A DNA stretch of 64,000 nucleotides from Carcharhinus longimanus (taxonomy: Eukaryota): the NCBI GenBank assembly GCA_030264375.1, contig JASCQW010000072.1:83332164-83396163 (forward strand). The letters are read 5' to 3'. Under the pieces are notes generated by a model. The model saw only the letters and a list, made by a program, of their open reading frames with translations. It searched no databases and was not told where the DNA came from. Positions 25,893-39,798 of the stretch are shown here, piece after piece. A program made the translations under genes and the position numbers. The first letter of the stretch is position 1. Each line of letters starts with the position of its first letter.

Positions 25893-26524
25893 CCTTAACA
25901 ACAAAAGAACAGCTCAGTCAATACATGAGCCATTCAGCATGGAATTAATCATTCATGGAGTCCAAATTAGCTGATGGCAAAAACGAGGAGTAAGAAAATT
26001 ACAAATTGGCATCAGCACTCCTGGTCTACAGCGGTGCCTGGGAAATAAAAATAAAAAGCAATCAGTCTTTGACTAGTTACTATCCCTTATTTGAAAGTTC
26101 ATACTTTCAAATGTTGGGTACCAACAAAATGAGCTAGCTGCAATGTTTACAGGGCTATGGTGAAAGTTTGGAACTAATTGGACAACTTCAGCTGGTACAG
26201 GACTTAATGACCTCCTTCTGTGTTGCAGGAGTCCAATACCTTCCACAGCCTGGCAACACTCACTGCCCAACATCATATAATAAAATTAATTTAGACCGGG
26301 CACTTAACATTGTATTTCAAAAAGGACAAGGACAGCTTATTCAGAAATATATTCCGGCCCCCATTTTCATATTTGGACGATGTTACTCAATGATATCAGG
26401 ATTAGCAAATGCAATTTATTTCCTTACAATGGAGTTGGCAACAGATTGGAATGAACCAAACACCGGCGAAGACACTCGGGTTTAATACCTCTCCGAGTTC
26501 AGAGGCAGGTTTGAACCGACCTAC

Positions 26525-26573
26525 CTTCAGCAGCAGCGCTGAGGACAACCAGGAGGCTGGGTTTCGCAGACAT
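26525..26573 (-). CDS. GATD1: GATD1 (PDDC1) coding exon 1, MSAKPSLLVVLSAAAE(G)
   Basis: ATG at 26573-26571; donor G|gtaggt; matches recalled human N-terminus RPACLLVASGAAEG; phase 1 joins exon 2. Confidence 0.88.
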
Positions 26574-26641
26574 AAGACTCGGTGCCGAGGACCAGGAATA
26601 AAATACAAGGGCACCAGCCTGGCTCACCCAGAGTAGGGGAC

Positions 26642-27128
26642 GGTGCACCGCCCAAACACTTCCCCGCCACCTGGTGCACCACCCAAACACTTACCCGCCA
26701 CCAGGTGCACCGCCCAAACACTTCCCCGCCCCCNNNNNNNNNNNNNNNNNNNNNNNNNNNNNNNNNNNNNNNNNNNNNNNNNNNNNNNNNNNNNNNNNNN
26801 NNNNNNNNNNNNNNNNNNNNNNNNNNNNNNNNNNNNNNNNNNNNNNNNNNNNNNNNNNNNNNNNNNNNNNNNNNNNNNNNNNNNNNNNNNNNNNNNNNNN
26901 NNNNNNNNNNNNNNNNNNNNNNNNNNNNNNNNNNNNNNNNNNNNNNNNNNNNNNNNNNNNNNNNNNNNNNNNNNNNNNNNNNNNNNNNNNNNNNNNNNNN
27001 NNNNNNNNNNNNNNNNNNNNNNNNNNNNNNNNNNNNNNNNNNNNNNNNNNNNNNNNNNNNNNNNNNNNNNNNNNNNNNNNNNNNNNNNCCGCCAATGCCG
27101 TCCCCGCCACCTGGTGCACCGCCCAAAT
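26642..27128. repeat. 31-bp GC-rich minisatellite upstream of the GATD1 ATG, spanning an assembly gap
   Basis: Unit GGTGCACCGCCCAAACACTTCCCCGCCACCT starts at 26642, 26673 and 26704, and recurs at 27113 after the gap. Confidence 0.9.
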
Positions 27129-27644
27129 TCGTCCGCCGGAGTTGCTTGTTTTGACCCAAGCGTCCTGCATTCGTGACTCAAGCTCATTATTCCAACTTTT
27201 ATTCACTTCTCGCCCACAGTCCCCACCGCTTCACCCCGTTGATTTATTTTATTTTCAGAGGGATAATATGTTAACCGAGTTAAGTTAAAACAATTACAAA
27301 AGGAAACGACCACATCTGAAATGAGAGAGGCAGTGGCATGGTGGTATTGTCACTGGGCTAGTAATCCGGAGTAATGCTTTGGGGAATGGTTTCACAATCC
27401 CACCTTGTCAAAAGGTGAAATTTGAATGTGGCTAACTCATGAAAGCTTAGTTTGTTACGGATGGGCAATGAATGCTGAGATGCCCAAGCCCCATGAACAA
27501 ATAAACAAAAGGTAGTTGCTGCCAATGCCACATGTGTGCTGCCTCACTCTGTCGTGGTATTGATCAGCTTCCCCCATTTAATCGCTTCTTTTAGGATTTT
27601 AGAACCAAAAATAGTTATTCAGGAAAAAAACATTCATTTTCACC

Positions 27645-28102
27645 TAGGTATCACAGCTTGGTATAGTCCTTGTTCTGCCCAACACAAGAAACTACAAAGG
27701 GTTGTTAATGTGGCCCAGTACATCGTGCAAACCAGCCTCCCCTCCATTGACTCCACCTACACTTATCACTGCCTTGGAAAAGCAGCCAGCATAATCAGCC
27801 AGAATAACCAGGGACCCCACGCACCCCGAATATACTCTCTTCCACCTTCCGTTGGGAAAAAGGTACAGAAGTCCAAGGTCACGTACTAACAGACTCAAGA
27901 ACAGCTTCCTCCCTGCTGCCATCAGACTTTTGAATGGACTTACTTCATATTAAGTTGATCTTCCTCTACACCCTGACTAACACTAAATTTTGCACTCTCC
28001 TCCCCTATGTAGCCTATGAACTATATGCTTTATCTGTATAATGCACAAGATACAATACTTTTCATTGTATACCAATAATATGACAATAATAAATCAAATC
28101 AA
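27645..28102 (+). mobile_element. Rex1/Babar-type LINE 3' end
   Basis: ITAWY..CSAQ.KKLQRVV, LPSI, SGKRYRS and RLKNSFLPAAIRLLN motifs; AATAAATCAAATCAAA tail. Confidence 0.8.
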
Positions 28103-28384
28103 AAGCTTTAACATTTTCTATGTCATCCATTTCGAACAAGTGAGCATGAACATAGAACTGAAGACTTCAAATTCACTTTAAAGAACAATAGGGCAGATTT
28201 TCATGTTCCTGCTTCTGCTATGCCTGGACACAGCCACAAAGATTAAAATTAGGCTGGGAAATTGCCTGGCTCCCTTTTGGATATGTGATTCACCTCACCT
28301 GATTTTTCTCCATGCTCTGTATCTGAGAAACACAAAGAAATCTGCATCAGTTTTTAAAACATTCAGCGAGAATACCAAACATAT

Positions 28385-28847
28385 GGATCATAGAACAGTA
28401 CAGCATAGTACAGGCCCTTCAACCCTCGATGTTGTGCTGAGCTTTGTCCAAAACCAAGATCAAGCTATCCCACTCCCTGTCATTCTGGAGTGCTCCATGT
28501 GCCTATCCAATAACCGCTTGAAAGTTCCTAAAGTGTCTGACTCCACTATCACAACAGACAGTCCATTCCACACTCCAACCACTCTCTGAGTAAAGAACCT
28601 ATCTCGGACATCCCTCCTATATCTCCCACCATGAGCCTTAGTTATGGATAGTTAGGATAGTTATGCCCCTAGTAACATATCCACCAGAGGAAATAGTCTC
28701 TGAATGTCTACTGTATCTGTCCCCCTCATCATCTTATAAACATATATTAAGTCGCCTCTCATCCTCCTCTGGTCTAAAGAGAAAAGCCCTAGCTCCCTCA
28801 ACCTTTCCTCATAAGACCTACCCTCCAAACCAGGCACCATCCTGGTA
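28385..28847 (-). mobile_element. CR1 3' fragment
   Basis: Reverse-complement CR1 C-terminus and CATAGAACAGTACAGCA tail. Confidence 0.8.
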
Positions 28848-30432
28848 ATAATAATATCACCATGCCACTGCCTCCATCATTACAGGATTATTATTAATCA
28901 TTTGGTATTTAGCCTTAAATTTAAATTTCCATCTGAATTCCACTGTTGGCAAGATTCAGCTTTAGGTTTTGAGTCTCTTGAACTCACTTCTCTAAAAGCA
29001 GTGGAAGCAGGGTCTTTGAATATTTATAAAGCAGAGCCAGACAGTTTCGTGATTAACAAGGGGATAAAAAGTTACCTGGTTAGCCAGGAATGATGGATTG
29101 AGGTTACAATCAGATCAACCATGATCTTATTGAATGGTCCGAGTGGCCCATACTCCTGCCCCAGTACATATTTTCGTAGGTTTTCTGCACAAAAACAGAA
29201 TGCAGGGATATTTTCCCTCACAAACTCCAAAATGCCTACACATTTTCTTGTTAAATATGATTATAAGATAAAATTGATAATATTAGGATATACAGGGGAG
29301 GCAGTGGTGTAATGACATTATCGATGGATTGTAATCCGGAGACTCAGGTCATATCTGGATAAATTTGAATCCACCATGGCAATAAAAATCTGGAATTAAA
29401 AGTCTAATGTTGATTGTCATAAACACTCATTTGGTTCTCTAATGTTCTTTAGAGAAGGAAATCTGCCAGGCTTTCTAGGCCTGACTGACATATGATTCCA
29501 AATCCACTGCAGGATGGTTGACTCTGAGAAGTGGCCCAACCAGACGCAGTTTAAGGGCGATTAGGGATGGCAAACAAAAGCTCACCTTGTCATCATATGA
29601 ATGAATTTTTTAAGAAGTCCGAAGCAGATTGTGATAGTATGACCCCTTTAATGGGCAATCTTTCATGGCCAGTTGACCAAGCTGGAACCAATGGAGTGCA
29701 AGTGAATGAACCAGGGCAAATTGGTAGTAAAGGCTCACATTCCAGGGGCTGGTAGGCTTCAGTTGGAGTTGGGCTGTTGTCGAGAGTAAACCTCAAATCC
29801 CAAGTTGTACATAGTTCTTCTCAGTCAATAAATCATTTAGTTTATTACTTGCCACATCAAGTTGCCTTGAATACTACACTGTTGACAATGGGAAAATTCC
29901 AGAAACCAATGAAACTCCTGTTTGTGAAGCATTGCTTTGAGGCCACATGACTTGTACTGATAGATTGCTGCTCAGCAAATTTGGTATGCTGGATGTGTCT
30001 TTATTAGTTACAGCTTTTTATGAATATTAAAGAAAGTGTTATTTATTACTGCTGAACTTGGACCCAGTGTCAGGAGGCACAGTGGTACAGTGATGTTCGG
30101 GCAAGGTGAGTGCAACCCCCACCCCTCAGGACAGGCCTTTGGGTATTCATCCTCCAGCAGACATATGGGCTGAGGAGCCTCAGGGTGTATGCTGGGAATG
30201 GGAGGTATGTGTGCCTTCCTGACCATGTTTTTCCTCCTGGGTCCTCTCAAAACAGAGCCTAAATCAGATGATCCTTGACATTAATGGCCTGTTATGAATC
30301 AGTGTCTTAATTAAACTGAGTGTATCATGGCTGCCCTGGACATTTTCTCAGCGGGGTGGGGTCTGGAATGGTCAGAGTGTAGAATTGTGACAGCCTGGAT
30401 GACTGAAGGATGAAGCTGCCTGGATGGCAGCT

Positions 30433-30505
30433 AAAAGTCTGACAACACCAGGTTTTAGACTTTTTACTGTGTTTACGCCAGTCCAACGCCGGCATACCCA
30501 CATCA
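30433..30505. mobile_element. Tiny Penelope-like remnant with a 12-bp target-site duplication
   Basis: TGGATGGCAGCT at 30421-30432 and 30506-30517 flanks ACAACACCAGGTT...CCAGTCCAACGCCGGCAT. Confidence 0.7.
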
Positions 30506-33217
30506 TGGATGGCAGCTGTCATGAAAACCAGCACAGACATGGAAGACATTATTGTTGTCACGGACAGCTGAACACTGAGGAAGTGAAAGCCTTTCCTGTT
30601 GTTAAATTTGACTGGCCCCTCACTGGATGCCTTTTTAGCCATATTGGTATGATCAATGATGCTCTCTTCCTGGGGGAATCCAGCCTTGGCAGTGAAATTC
30701 ACTACTCTTTGTCCCTGTGAGGCCATGCCTCTCTGGAATTGAATGTACTGCCCAGCTCTCACAAACAGGGCCAGCAAGAAGTAATGATGTGCAGCCATTT
30801 GCAAGTAACAAACTAAAAGATTTATTGACTGAGGAGAGCTATGTACAACTAAGGGTTTAACAGCAAAATAATGCAGGTTTGCTCTTGACAACACCAGGGT
30901 CCAGTCTGATACTTGAAAGGAGCCAGAAGCAAAAAAAGTTCATGGCTGTAATGACTAGCAGCTACTGGCAGGATATAGTGAGTTGCACTACAAGGTGTGA
31001 CTTCTCAGAGATGAGGGAAAATGCTGGCTGGTTCCATTCCCAGCTTGGGTCACTGTTAGTGCGGAGTTTGCACGTTCTCCCTGTGCGTGAGCTTCCTCCG
31101 GGTGCTCCAGTTTCCTTTCACAATACAAAGATGTGCTGGTTAGGTGCATTGGCCAAACTAAATTCTCCCTCAGTGTACCCAAACAGGCACTGGAGTGTAG
31201 TGACTAGGGGATTTTCACAGTAACTTCATTGCAGTGTTAATGTAAGCCTACTTGTGACAAATAAGTAAACTTAAAAAAAAGACCAATTCCCTGGAGAGAC
31301 ATAATTTCCTGCCGCATTAACTCTCAGTCATGTCAAGGTAGTTCTTGATTCATCGGTAGGTACAATGCTGACGGTATGACCTTCATGCACTTCCTGCCTC
31401 TTGTCCCTTTCCTGAGGAATTCTGGCCTCTTGCGCTTCATGCAGAATGGTGTTCCCCCATTCACAGCTTAAACTGAAATCTGAGATGTGTGCCCCATTGC
31501 GAGCTTTATGACCCAGAATTGTACACAATCTCTAGTTGTATTCTAATAAGCAATTTATACAGTTACATCATATATTCTGTACCTCAGTTAACAAAGGCAA
31601 GTATCCCACATGCCTTCTTAACTATCTTGTCTACCTGCTGCCTTCGGGGATTTTTGGACTTGCGCCCCAAGACTTCTCTTGTCCTCTATAGCTCCTAGTA
31701 TCCTACCATTCATTGTGCATTCCCTTGCCCTGTTAATCTTTCCAAAATGCATCACCTCACACTCTCAGGATTAAATTCCATTTGCATTTACCTGGGCTGC
31801 CCCAACCTGTGTGTCGCTGTCAACATCAGAAACTGTCTCTTAATGAGCTTTCAATGAGCGCTCTAACAATGTTTAATCTTGGATTAGATGGGATCTTGAG
31901 GCCACTTCGTCTCACCTTGGTGGGTTTCCCTGACGCAGGAAGGGTTTTGGGGAACTGATATTCTCATTCCCCCCAACCCTGCCTGCATTCTCGTCCCTGA
32001 CAGGACTGAAAATTCAGCCCGCTAACTTTCTTTCTCTTTATAAAAATGCTGCTTGATCTATTGAGTATTTTCAGGATTTATTTTGAGATTTTCAGCATTA
32101 ATAATTTATGCTCTTTTTAGATATTGCTCATCTGTAATATCTTTCAGGTCTGCAAAATGATCCACACCTAAAACATTAACTGAGCTGTTCTCACCACAGA
32201 TACTTAATGGTGCACTGAGTGTTTCTGATGGTTTCTATTTTCCTTTGTGTTCTTTCCTGAATCTCTTTTCTAAAAACTGTGTTATCACTCAGACCATGTA
32301 GTGTAAAATTTCTATTATTCATGGGGAATGGATGGTGGAGATTCATCAGAAAATGTTGGTTATTTATGAGTTCCATGTTTTTACACAAACAGAAAGCTCC
32401 TGGGTGATCTCTTTGTGATGCGAGTGTTGAGGTCTTGAAAGAGGCTTGGGATTGTGTGAATCTAATGAATGGTGCTGTAGGAACATTGGCAGAGAGCTGG
32501 AAAACACAAAGTTTACTTTATTTCCAGCTCTGTAACTTTGCCAGACTTTGCCCTATCTCAGCTCATCTGTTGAAAGCCTGGTTCATGCCTTTATTACCTT
32601 TATTCCAATGCACTCCTTGTCAGCCTCCCGTCTTTCATCCTCTATAAACTTGAACTTATTCACCTTGGCCAGCCCTCCCTCATCATACCCTTGGAAAATG
32701 CAGGTGGAGCATTGAAAATGTTTAACATTGATACAGTAAAGTGTGTTTTTCTGAGATTGGGAACTGAGGCATATTGAACTGACAGGTCAAGGAAATGGGA
32801 TATATCTGACCTGGAAGTAATAATGTCTGGTGGTGTTGACTGAGGGTAAATAATTGGTCAATATAGTAGGAAAATTCCTTCTCTTTGAATAGTATGACCT
32901 ATTTTTTGTAGTCACCTAGAGAGGGGCTTAAATTTAACATTTTATCCAAAACTAATGGTAGGGCAGTCCTTGCATAGCAATGAGTAACACTCACGCAGCT
33001 AAGCGTGAGTCTTCACTAAATGTCGACTCACCAAATGGAGGTTCAGTTTAACACCATTAATAGAATATATATCTGATTAACGTTTCACTCAACTTCCTCT
33101 TCTATGGCTTGTCATTTACCCTCACTCTCAGTCCCTCTTCCTCCTACTCCTGCTGTTGCCGACTCTCTCTCCAGTTGCTGACGCCCTTTCTGTTAATTAT
33201 AGCCTTGCTGGCTCCCA

Positions 33218-33345
33218 GGGTGGGATGTTTCTGTTCCCGCCCGCCAGAGGAATCGTAGCGGGTGGGAGCTGACCATGCAAAGGTCCATTGACCTTGGGCG
33301 GGAATTTCCAGCCTTGGGACGAGCCCGGCTGGAAAATCCTGCCCG
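33218..33345. mobile_element. About 125-bp MITE-like family with GGGC-type ends (Harbinger-like); copies at about 41430-41557, 42030-42155 and 46993-47117
   Basis: Mutual similarity (GGTCAACAGAGATT, GGTAGAGTTCTGGCC); ends GGGCGGGATTTT / GAAAATCCTGCCC. Confidence 0.6.
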
Positions 33346-34453
33346 CAGTATCTGTTCTTACAGATTGGGGGTCTGTTCTTCAATAGCTCTTGACTTCTGG
33401 CTTCACATCAGAACTCGCTTTAGGTCAGGACATCATCTGCTAACTGCACCAACCAACTTCTACCACTAGTAAGAGCCTATTCACTCTAAAATCACTGTTT
33501 ATTGAGGTGAGAATTATGGAGTGCCGTAATTTTAAAAAATAATTTAATATTGTATTTCTTTTTTGTTGAATGATTTATTTTGCAAGTTTATTCAACTAAA
33601 AATGCGCAGTGCTCAGACATGTGATACAATATTTGTACTTGTACTTTTTATTCCGGGTAAGAAATGACTGTAGGAATCTAACTCTGGCTTTAACATTGAG
33701 TTCTATGGGAACTTACGATTCACATAAAGTTGTTTCACTTTGTCATGATTTTTCAGGAACAATTGCAACTTTAAAGGAGGAGTTACTGTACACTGATACA
33801 TAATCATGGATTATGCCCATGAATCTCCAGATTAATGTACGATCCACAACATTCTGGCTCAGGTAAGAGTGCGATCAGCCATGGCTGATATTTGTATCTG
33901 TATATTTGACATACCATTTTTAATACACTGTAGATACATATATAGACACATACATAAGAAAATACAGCAAATAAAAATAGCCAATTTGGCCCAACTAGTC
34001 AGTTCTTATGCATCTCACAAATCTCCCATTCCATCTACCTCCTCTCAACCTTTCAGCAAAGACTTTTATTCCCTTTCCCCTCATGTACTTTAGCTAGTTT
34101 CTTTTTGAAAGGGTCTAAACTATTTGCCTCTACTGCTTCCTCTGATAGTAAGTTCCGCATTCTAACTACACTCAGAGTGAAGACATTTCTATTTCCTTGC
34201 TGGATTTAGTAGTAACTATCCTGTATTTGTGGATTTTCCAAAAGTGAAAACATTCTTTCTACATCTACCCTGTCCAAAAGCCAGTCATTATTTTAAAGAC
34301 TTCCATCACCTCCTCTAAATCTTCTCCTTTTTAGACTGAACAGGTTCAGACCTTTTAATCTTTCAAATAGCTGTGGTCAGGATTCTCTTTTTCATGGAGC
34401 TTGAGATATGAACAAATATTCAAATCGGAAAGAAAATAAATTAGATGCCATGC

Positions 34454-34459
34454 TTTATT
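34454..34459 (-). terminator. TNNT3: TNNT3 polyadenylation signal AATAAA
   Basis: AATAAA on the minus strand about 250 nt after the stop, followed by a U-rich downstream element. Confidence 0.7.
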
Positions 34460-34712
34460 TACAAAAACAAGAATGTTAAGACAGTTGTTTGTAATAGAGG
34501 AGGATAGGCACTATATTAACATGGTAAATGAAGAGGGTAATTGTTGTGAATCCAATGTGCAACGCAGAGTAAGATAGCTCAGTGGATTGTTGCCAAGCCT
34601 TGGACCTAATAGTGCTATAGATTGTTTGCCACTTGAGATATGCCTTGTAAGAATCCAAGCTCGAGGCAATGCAGTCAGGTCATGCTGCAGTGGAGGCTCC
34701 TGCTTCAACCGC

Positions 34713-34761
34713 TTACTTCCAGCGGCCACCAACCTTGCCCTTGCCAGCACCCTTCTTGCTG
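34713..34761 (-). CDS. TNNT3: TNNT3 last coding exon, (H/F)SKKGAGKGKVGGRWK*
   Basis: Diagnostic troponin T C-terminus KVGGRWK; long pyrimidine tract plus cag acceptor; TAA at 34715-34713. Confidence 0.96.
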
Positions 34762-37700
34762 CTGCAGATCACAAGCAAAAAAAGAGAAAGAGTTGTCACC
34801 CTCCATTTCTTAATGTCAAACATTGACCCTCTCTTGAGTGACAAACTAAACAGGCTGTGGATGCAAAGCCCAGATAAATAAGGAACCCCACTGTTGCTCA
34901 TGTATTTTGTGACTGGGACTTGTTGGAAGATGTAAGGGAATAGGCTGGGGGATCTTTGCTGTGCCTGTCCCAAACTGCTTCGGCAATCCACTAACAAGCA
35001 GCATCCTTGTTGGAGGCAACCTGTGAAGGTGGTCTCACTGACTGTCTTCCCCAGCCTTGTCCTCACATGGATAGCACTGGAGAAGGAGCATGAGGCCTTC
35101 TGCAACTGGACACAGCAGTGTTTGTGGATAGGGAATATTTTATAATTTTAACTTACAAGTTGCCTTCATTTTTAAATGCTTTATTAGATATGCCTTACTA
35201 AAAATTGGACACTTCTTATTAGGCTTTTTATTTTGGTGACACTGGAGTAACCAATTTCCATTGCCAACTGATCCTTCTAATGGCCTAGGAAAGGGCTGAT
35301 GAAAACCGTCCTCACTAGAGAGTGAAAACATGTGTCTTGCAGCTCTGGGATATTTATTAATGACTAACCAATCGTTTCTTATCACAGAAATCTTTACAAT
35401 AACTACCAAGCTTTTGGTCCATCGATGGCAAATGATTTAAATTTAAGTGTTCCCACAGCACTGGGGTTAATTGTGATGTTGCAGGGGAAGGGGTGGCTGT
35501 GGATAAATGGTCAATATCAGATCAGCCGCTCTTTATACATCTTTCGCGATTTTAATTTCCACTGATGTTAACAAAAATTAAAATTGGGAGAGATGTGTCT
35601 AGAGCAGTTGAATCCATTTTATGTTGTTCCCAAAGTTATAAATACTCTCAATTACTTGACCATTCATATACATCCTCCCCTTCCCCAACGTCAGAGTTAA
35701 CTTCAGTAGTGTGGGAATGTTTAAATTTAAATCAGTCAGGAATAGATGAGCAGTGATTCCTTCTGGCCCAGACACTGCCATTTTTGTACTTACCCGTAAG
35801 CTGAAGGTGAAATAAATGATAATTTTTTTTATTTTTAAGAAGTGTTACAGCTCCCTCATGGGTAGTGAAACTTGTATATGTTTTACAGATATACATGGTT
35901 TTAATATTAGCACTCTAACTACCAGGCAATAAGCTAGCATGACATTTGCTTCTCCTTTATGGTTATATTATGCTAATTTTCTTCATGTATTTGTTTGCTC
36001 ACCATCCTGGCTTATCTTGCAGTTGATCCAGGTGGCAGTATTTAACATGACTAATTTACCCAGGTAAAGATTCACCCGGTTGTACCATTGAGCTGTGCCA
36101 TCGGGGTGACAGGATTTGGTTTAGTGTACATAATTACCAAAGTAAATTCTGATTTGTGACCAGTGGCTTTGGAAAAATTTCTCTGGGGAAGTAGAAATGG
36201 TGGGGTAGGGATGGTGGTGGGACGGGGTGAGGGGGAGGGGATAAAGGAAAGTCAGAGGTGACAGATGCTAAAAGGCCTTCATTGTCAGGTCAGATTGCAA
36301 AGGCAGATTTGTATTCTCCTGAGTGGGGAAGATTAAAAGGTAATCTAATCAAAGTGTTTAAGTTGATTAAGGGAGTTGATAGAATGGATAAACTTACCTT
36401 TTGTCGGATAGTGCTAAACAAAGGACAGATCCTTAAAAATCAGAGCTAAACCATTCTGGGGTAGACACAGGGGGTTGTACAAATTTGGAATCTTTCCCCT
36501 CAAAATGGTAGGTCAATTGATACTAGGTCAATTGAAAATTTCAAAACTGCAATTGATCAATAGTTGTCAGAAAAAGGTAACATGGGTTGCAGAATCAAAG
36601 CACAGACGGAGTTAAATTATAGATCAGATGAGATCTGTAGTGGAACGGAGAACAGTTCAAAGGGTATGAGTGGCCTATTTCTATTCCCATGTTTCTAAAT
36701 ACATTCATGCCAATGTCACTCTAGGAATCTTTCTTGTACATCTTGGAAGAAAGCAAGATGACAGAGATTAGGGAAGCCGCTACCTACCAGCCTGCCGCTT
36801 GTCCTGGTACAGTCACAGTGTTAGCAGCATTTGAAAGGCAGAGCATTAATAATAAAAGGAAATTCAACAGATTGAAGAATGGTCGAACTTGACCAAAGTA
36901 AAATGCATGTCATGCATCCTTTTTATTTCACTTACCTGAATAACCCTAGGCTTCAATACTCTGTCTAAGCCTTATTTTCAAATTTTGCATGCTATTCTTT
37001 GCATCTAAAACCTAAAAGTTAGCATGCCAGCATGGATATGTAATTGAAGGAGAAAGACATGCTTTACATACCATTCTTAGCCTTGGCAGCCTTTAATGTA
37101 GATTAACAAATTACTTACATTGAGTACCAGGTGAGTTGGCCTACAGCCCATCTCCCGAGTATTATAAAAAAACCATAATGGAATTAAATGTAAAAGTAAG
37201 TGCTACTAAGGAGGACCTTACTTTAAGACTTCGTCCTGATTCACCACAGATATCTTCCCAATAAGTGTTGATCTTTCAATTTAGTTGCGATTCTGATAAT
37301 CCTAATAGGAATTTTGTACAGCACCAATTGAAATATCCCTGTTGAAACACTTCACGTATAACTTTAAAATGAACAAAAGCAAAATTGTTTTCTTAATTTA
37401 ACTCATGAAGAAATGATTTCTTTACGTATCGTGCAGTCCAGCCCATTTCCTAATGTTCGATCCCTGTTGGGAATCAAGGGTGGTTTATTTAAACACTGGA
37501 ATTTATTGCTGTGTAAACTACAATAAATACCAGAGAGTCTGTCATTCAGGTCATGTTTGTAAAAGATTCCTCAAGATCCCCACTTTGTGTCAACTGTTAA
37601 GAAGAATCTTTAACCAAAATCTTTGGGTGCAGGTTATTATCCATGATGCATCAATCATACAACATGAACACAGACAAGGCACCATGTAGTTGAACAAACA

Positions 37701-39798
37701 GTAGAAGTAGTCGCACAAATGAAAGAATCCTGGCACAAAGCATTGTGGACAACTTAAAATAGGTGAGTGCTCAAAGTATGATACCACACAGTATTATTAA
37801 CAACAAGGCCCATAAAGAGGACTTGATTCTAACTTGGTCCAGTCAACAGCTTTTTTTGATACACCAATAACCTAAACCTTGTTACACTTAACAATTTTTG
37901 GCTGGTAAGCATTCCAAACAACTATTTAATTATGGAGACTTGGCCAATTTGCCATATTCAAGCGGTTGACAACTGTCATCCAAGAGGGCATTGTAGTCAT
38001 GCTATCATTCCAGGTGAATGCATTTTAATATTCAGTCTTCATTCTCAAGAAAAATATTTAATTATTCAAGTTGGTTTTTAAGGATGCTATTTGCACTGGT
38101 AGATGTTAAAGACTTAATACACTAGTTGTGAATAAACGAGTTAAATTTGTGAAGCAATCAGTACAGAATTACTGAACCATATTCACACAAGAAACAACTC
38201 ATCAAGTAACAACTGTTTGGGATTATACAATCTTACTTTGACTTAAAATTCTTACCAATATTTCATTCTTTGCAACAAAAATACATGTAAAATGTCTTTG
38301 AAGTGCTGTAAGATTTCGCCTTCCCTATTTTCAGAAACAGTTTTCTTTAAAGAAAAAGTTCAATCCAGTTATAGTAAACTAAAAACAAGTGTGTTCTTTC
38401 AACAAGTATATGTGCAGCTTTCACTCTGTGATTACACTGGAGAAAGGTTTAAAGAAAGTGCGTGTATGGGATTTATTCACAATGCTCTGTGCCACGGTTT
38501 GTCAGGCCCCATAAAGACAACATGAAGTTAGACAGTACTCAGTATCCAATTAGTACTCTGCACAAGTTAAGAGAATACCCTATAGAGGAAATGAGGGTAC
38601 TAAGTGAAATGAAAGAGGGATTAAACAAAAAGGAACATACCAGCATGTCATATGTCAATATGGGATTTAAACTAAACAGGAAATCATTTAGTTTGGTTAA
38701 AGATAATGAAGTTTCCATACAACTGGATTTCAAACCAGTCCAGTTTTTGTTTATAAAATATCAAAAGTGAAATGGAACTTGAAGATGATGGTAGGTGTAG
38801 AGACACAGTTACGGATAAATACAAAGTTCTGCAGTACTTTAAACCATCCCTTACATGACTCTAAGTGCCGAGTGTTGGCAGACTATTTGACTCTGAGGGG
38901 CATTACAGCTGTACTCAATCCTATCCTCAACAGATGACCACTAAATTTCCATTACTGTCGCCAAATAGCAGGCAGGAACTGCAGTGGCGTTCTTTCATCC
39001 CAAGCCCAAAAACATCAGATACAACTGTAATACCCGACAACTTTGTGAATTATGCCAAGTTATCTCAGGACAGAGCAGGGATCATATCTGGACCTTTCTT
39101 GCCTGCATTGCCTCGTACCCCAAAAGGGAAATGTAGCCTTTTGAGAGGGATCATATAATCTACACTGAAAAAAACACATACCCATTACAAAGGTAGCATT
39201 CCAGCACTCTGCTGACATTCACTATTATTGGACACAAGACCTGATCAAATAGCCTTTTTTGGCAGATTAGCAACATGGTCCCTCAAAAATTTGATTGCAT
39301 TAGTTTTTTTCTTTCTAGACTTTCTCAAACTAAACCAATTTTGCATGTTGAGACTGCTAGAAGGAATCATAGTTTAGGTTATCACCAAGACTGAAAAGAC
39401 AGGAGGAATTGGTTGTTAAGTGTCTCTACTGTTTGTAGGATGGTCTAATGCAAGTAAGATGTTTGATCTACAAGTTATCTTAAGTCCCCAACAAATCTTT
39501 GAATTAAGAAGGACCGGTTTTGCTGGTAGGCAGCCCAGTTGTGTGGAGACTGACATTTCTTTAAACGTTTCGAACACTAGGGTGTGCATTTCATAAAAAA
39601 GAAATTGAATTCCACCAGGCACTAGATGATTAATGAATGATCACAATTCCGGATATCAATGCACAAATTATTTTCACTTGCAGCTCTGTGCCATGCCTGT
39701 TTGAATTGAATTTCTGTTAGCTTTGTCCACAGTAGATAAATTAGATGGACATGTGCCTATGTTCCTTTTGCTGGGAAAATGGATAGCAATGTACTTAC

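Larger units (their letters stand above)
26460..27240 (-). promoter_or_regulatory. GATD1: CpG-rich promoter/first-exon region of GATD1
   Basis: CpG- and GC-rich island in an AT-rich background, around exon 1; contains GC boxes, GGAAGTG and CCAAT. Confidence 0.7.

Noticed and set aside
26642-27128. CRISPR-like array
   Set aside because: Units are contiguous with no unique spacers; eukaryotic context with no cas genes; it is a minisatellite
35794-35800. 7-nt candidate micro-exon with strong splice sites before the last TNNT3 exon
   Set aside because: Would frameshift the conserved KVGGRWK terminus; no supporting evidence
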